A DNA stretch of 54,501 nucleotides, filler included, from Catajapyx aquilonaris (Eukaryota), in assembly GCA_000934665.2 (NCBI GenBank). It is 3 parts of 3 records of this genome, joined end to end, with 100 filler letters (N's around TTAATTAATTAA, not from the genome) between each part and the next. Parts side by side here need not be neighbours in the genome. Positions count along the whole stretch, not along the records: positions 36,407 to 54,501 come from KZ539593.1; 2 more parts are not named here. One strand, given 5' to 3'. The translations under genes were made by a program, and so were the position numbers. The notes under the pieces are model-generated. The model did no database searches and was not told the DNA's origin. It saw nothing but the letters and a program-made list of their open reading frames with translations. This document shows positions 50,594 to 54,501 of this stretch, one piece after another; the stretch's first letter is position 1, and each line of letters begins with the position of its first letter.

Positions 50594-52460
50594 CTAATAG
50601 CCTAGTCCACGGGTGGTCATTTCATATCTCTGGTGGCCAAAGTCAAAACCCTGTATCTCGGCTTTTTGTCGTTTCCAGATATTCAAGTTTGAAGTTTTAA
50701 GTTTCCATTATGGTATATGGAAGTGCATGATTTCAGTTAGCCAAAACATCGCAAGGGTTGCTCCTACAATTACGGCCTTTGTACCAACAGGTGCGGCTTG
50801 TAAAGAGGTGTGCAGTGGTGCCTTTATCTCCATTTACGTGATTTTCGAAGATACACGGTTTTAACTTGGGCTGTCAGATCTGCTCTCCATTTGGATAAGC
50901 TATTGTTTATCCGCACCTTAACAACGCGGTCGGGGTTGGGTGGGCGGGGGGGCCTCCCGACGGTTGGCAACGTTGCGTCGCAAACCATTGGGTGCCTTGA
51001 TACTGCTGCCAGCCAAATTCAAATGCCTTCACGGTTGCTTGATGAAGTGTCGTTCTTTGGGTTAACGGACTGCAGCAACCATCATGGCTTTCATATTGCC
51101 CACCTCCTTCATTAATAGGACTCGTATGATCGGTTCGCGTGGCAGGGGTAACAAGACGCCCTTTGTTGTGCTGTCCCAGCAACCGATTGTTTGCGACCCG
51201 TAGCCAAGATGTTTGGAGCCCACCACGCCTTCCCAACCCCACTGCGTTGCTAGGTGCGGATAAATAATAGACTTTCCCTCCATTTTCACGTATCACGTAT
51301 GATTTTCTTGAAATGATAATGTGATTAGGTCACCCATCAAACCTTGTGGTGCAGAATAATTGAAGGCTAATGTTATTTAAGACAGGTGCTAGAAAACATG
51401 ATCACGAGGTAAATAATTTATTCTAGTGTTGTACATTTTTCTTTAATGTTTTAATTTACTTATGTTTCAATCATCAACAACAGGTATTGACAATTTAAAT
51501 TAATTTGAGCAGCCCTAAGGTGTCTGCTGGCTCTGGTATAGTCCAATTGTAGCCTGATTCTGATATCAATTTGTCATCTGAAGTAGTACAAAGCAGTTTT
51601 GCATACACCAAGTCACAAAGTGGTGTAAACGGGCCATGGTGTAAACGTGTTGAACTAACCATCACACTACATATATGTGTACATACATACAAATACATAA
51701 TTATGCAATTAACTATCATAATGACATTTTCTCATATTGGGCAGTCATTGATAAAACAGGAGGCGTCCACAAAAAATGCAAATGTACCGTATTGACTTTC
51801 TGTTCTGCCTACTTGATTAAAAATGGTAAAAGCCTAGAGAAAAATAACTGGAGCTTGTAACATCATTCCTTTGTTTAAGATGCTAATAACTGTTAGAGTG
51901 TAGAGAATCAAAAACTCATGTGGCAGCAATAAATCCTTATGAAGCACCTTGTAAATGAGCCTGTTTACATGGAAACATAAAAACACTGTCTCAGGATGCT
52001 TCATCGTTCCCACACAGGCATGTTAAAAGGGACAAAATTATGTCGATGAAATCGATTTAGCTTTTATAGCATGACAGGCATTTTTCACTAAGTTATATAC
52101 TGTTTTGAACCTGTGAGAGTGAGTGGTGCATTCAAGAGAGGTGGAGAATATTTGTGCTGAAATTAGTTTTTTTTGGTATTCACTTTGATTCAACCTCCCT
52201 GCTCTCCCCTGCATGTCTTGGGGCCATGTAACTACCACCTGCCACTTTTCCCATGCCATTTAATTTTACTGATCTTATATGCTGAAAGTGGGCCATTTGT
52301 ATTGTTCATAACCGGATTAATTAATATACATGTCAATAATAATAATAATGTGTAAATTTGAAATTGTTGTTTTAATGTTCACCAGCCCTCCCATGAATGG
52401 TTGCATAAGCCATGAGTAAACAGTACCAATAATGATAATTAGTAACCATGCAAATAGTAT

Positions 52461-52570
52461 CCAAAATACTTATTTAGGGACCTATCTATAGGTCCCTAAA
52501 TAAGTCTTTTGGAGCAGAAAATCACTAATCATGATTTTCTATAGAAAATCATGATTAGTGATTTTCTGCT
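52461..52570. repeat. Two abutting palindromes
   Basis: 52461-52512 has 25-bp arms, 1 mismatch and a 2-nt loop. 52513-52570 is a perfect 58-bp palindrome. Confidence 0.95.
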
Positions 52571-52633
52571 GAGCAATTAATAAAAACAGTATACACTTGA
52601 ATCAAGTGTGATGGACGTCAAACTGCATCTTTT

Positions 52634-52880
52634 GAGGGGAGGTGTGGTGGCCGTGATGGTAACGTCTCGGCTTGCTGAGTGAAAGGCCCCAGGTTCGATC
52701 CCCGCCTGGGGAACTTTCCTTTCACCTGCGTCAGGAGGGTCTCTGACCTGCACCAAGGAGGTGTCTGGCAACCTAACCTCCTGGGGAACAGCACATGACC
52801 CCTTTACAGATCTTGCACTTGCACCTATGTTCCCTCCCCAAAAAATCCCTACCCCTACCCACATCCTTGTNAAAAAAAAA
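52634..52880 (+). mobile_element. SINE family C with A tail
   Basis: A and B boxes present, TSD aaactgcatctttt on both sides. Confidence 0.9.
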
Positions 52881-53805
52881 AACTGCATCTTTTGATAACC
52901 AGCTTGGTGCTCTCAAGTGGGAACATAGCCTACCTTACCCAAATCCCATAGTCTACGCACGCCCCAAAAAAGTGGAGGAGTGGGGTAGTCAACAAAATGT
53001 GATAAAAAATCTCCATTAAGATTATCTGGACTTTAGAATTGATAACACTGGGTAACAAAATTAACGTTTTTTTGTTTGAGTCGATTTTTTTGATGTTTTC
53101 TTATGTTATTGTAGGCGCTGATTCTGAATATGAAATTGCTTTTGCTCTGTCTTCAACTGTTTGCTTAGAAATGACGACACTATGTTTTGTATTTATTCTA
53201 TATAACAATTAATTATGGCAATTTTTAGAAGAATTTCACAGTAACAAGGTGAGATGTTTTCCACTGTATAGTCAATATTGAATTGAAATTGTATGAGAAC
53301 ACTCCCTTAAAAACTCATTCCTCTCAAAAATTGAATATTTGAGCAACTTTTTCTCTTATGAACACCACTGTCACTTCATAGCAAAACCCCAAATGTAGTC
53401 TCCTATCATGGCTGCATCCCACGACCTTCCCTGGTACCTCTTCTCCAAATTAGCTGTTAGAGGAAGTTAGCGGAACTAAAAATCCTGTTAGCTTGCCCAG
53501 CTCTGGTTTCTTCCAGTACTGTATTATTATATCACAAAGTGTTGGACAAAAATTTATCCAGGTCCTATGTGACAATAAGCTCTCTAACAAGATGAAACTT
53601 GGTAATTTTTAAAATATATGCATTTCTGGTGTGCTAATGGTTGTGTAGAAGTTGTGTACATTTGTCCAGAACTTCTTTCGAGTTCCAAAATAACAGATAT
53701 CACATTTCTGTTTATTGTTTGGTGGCCATTTATTAGTAGGCCTACAGCCTTTATGTCAAAAAGTACATTTAAAAGGCTGTGTGGGCTGACAGTCATATCA
53801 CAGAT

Positions 53806-54164
53806 TTTTATTTTATATTATTTTATTTTAATTACCCCGTGATGCAACCCTAGGCCGCTATAGGGGGGTGGCAGACCACCATACAGTTTTCTTAATGGTT
53901 TATCTTCAAACTCCAGTGCAAGGAATACTAGGAAATTGGGTAAGGGATTGGGGGGTTTGGGGAGGGGACACATGTGCAGGTGCATTGTCCGGCGGTGGGC
54001 CAGGTGCAGTCCCCCAGGAGGTCAAGTTGCCAAGACGCCTCCTTAGGCGCGGGTCACAACCCATTGACGCAAGCGAAAGGTTTGTTCCCGGGTGGGGATT
54101 AGAACCCGGGACCTTTCGCATAGCAAGCCGAGACGTTACCATCTCGGCCACCGTGCCTCCCCCC
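53806..54164 (-). mobile_element. SINE family C, full length
   Basis: TSD atatcacagat at 53795-53805 and 54165-54175, AT-rich tail. Confidence 0.9.
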
Positions 54165-54501
54165 ATATCACAGATATAAGATTGATCTACCTTGTGGATA
54201 TAAAAGAAGTTCTAGTTTTAATGATAATAATCCTTGTTTTTTTCCTGTCATTTCGAAGGTTGCACTTGGGTCATGGCTGATGCTCAAAATTGAATAATGA
54301 AGCAGGTACAGCCACTTGAACAGGTTCTGTTAAACGATTATTGTGGGTACTGGGTAGAAGAACTCAAATAATACTTGCCCAAACCCAGAATAATTCGCTC
54401 ACCTTGATATTTCCCAGTTGAGAATATGGAAATGACGAAATATAAATTAATTGCACATAAATAGGGTGACATGAAGGTCGCCTACGTATAGAGTGGCATC
54501 T

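Overview
Eukaryotic, intron-rich and transposon-dense DNA, most likely from an arthropod (insect-like). The window is not one locus. It is three ~18.1-kb pieces (1-18092, 18193-36306, 36407-54501) joined by artificial 100-bp spacers (44 N + TTAATTAATTAA + 44 N). Piece 1 holds the first three coding exons of Unr/CSDE1 (+ strand; low-complexity N-terminal extension, then cold-shock domain 1). Piece 3 holds the last seven coding exons of a GABP-beta-like gene (+ strand; ankyrin repeats to C-terminal coiled coil, stop at 46324). I found no recognisable host gene in piece 2. The rest is a mix of mobile DNA: three tRNA-derived SINE families, many with readable target-site duplications (TSDs), and non-autonomous DNA transposons whose ends and TSDs point to hAT, P, Tc1/mariner/pogo, PIF/Harbinger, Sola, Kolobok and Helitron types, often nested. 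The most unusual element is a 1350-bp foldback (8393-9742) made of two inverted transposase 3' ends. It sits between AAA and TTT with no TSD, as shown by a paralogous empty site at ~14382, which is the signature of Spy-type transposons. There are also several near-perfect, almost loop-less palindromes. All family assignments come from reading the sequence and recalled family rules, not from database searches.
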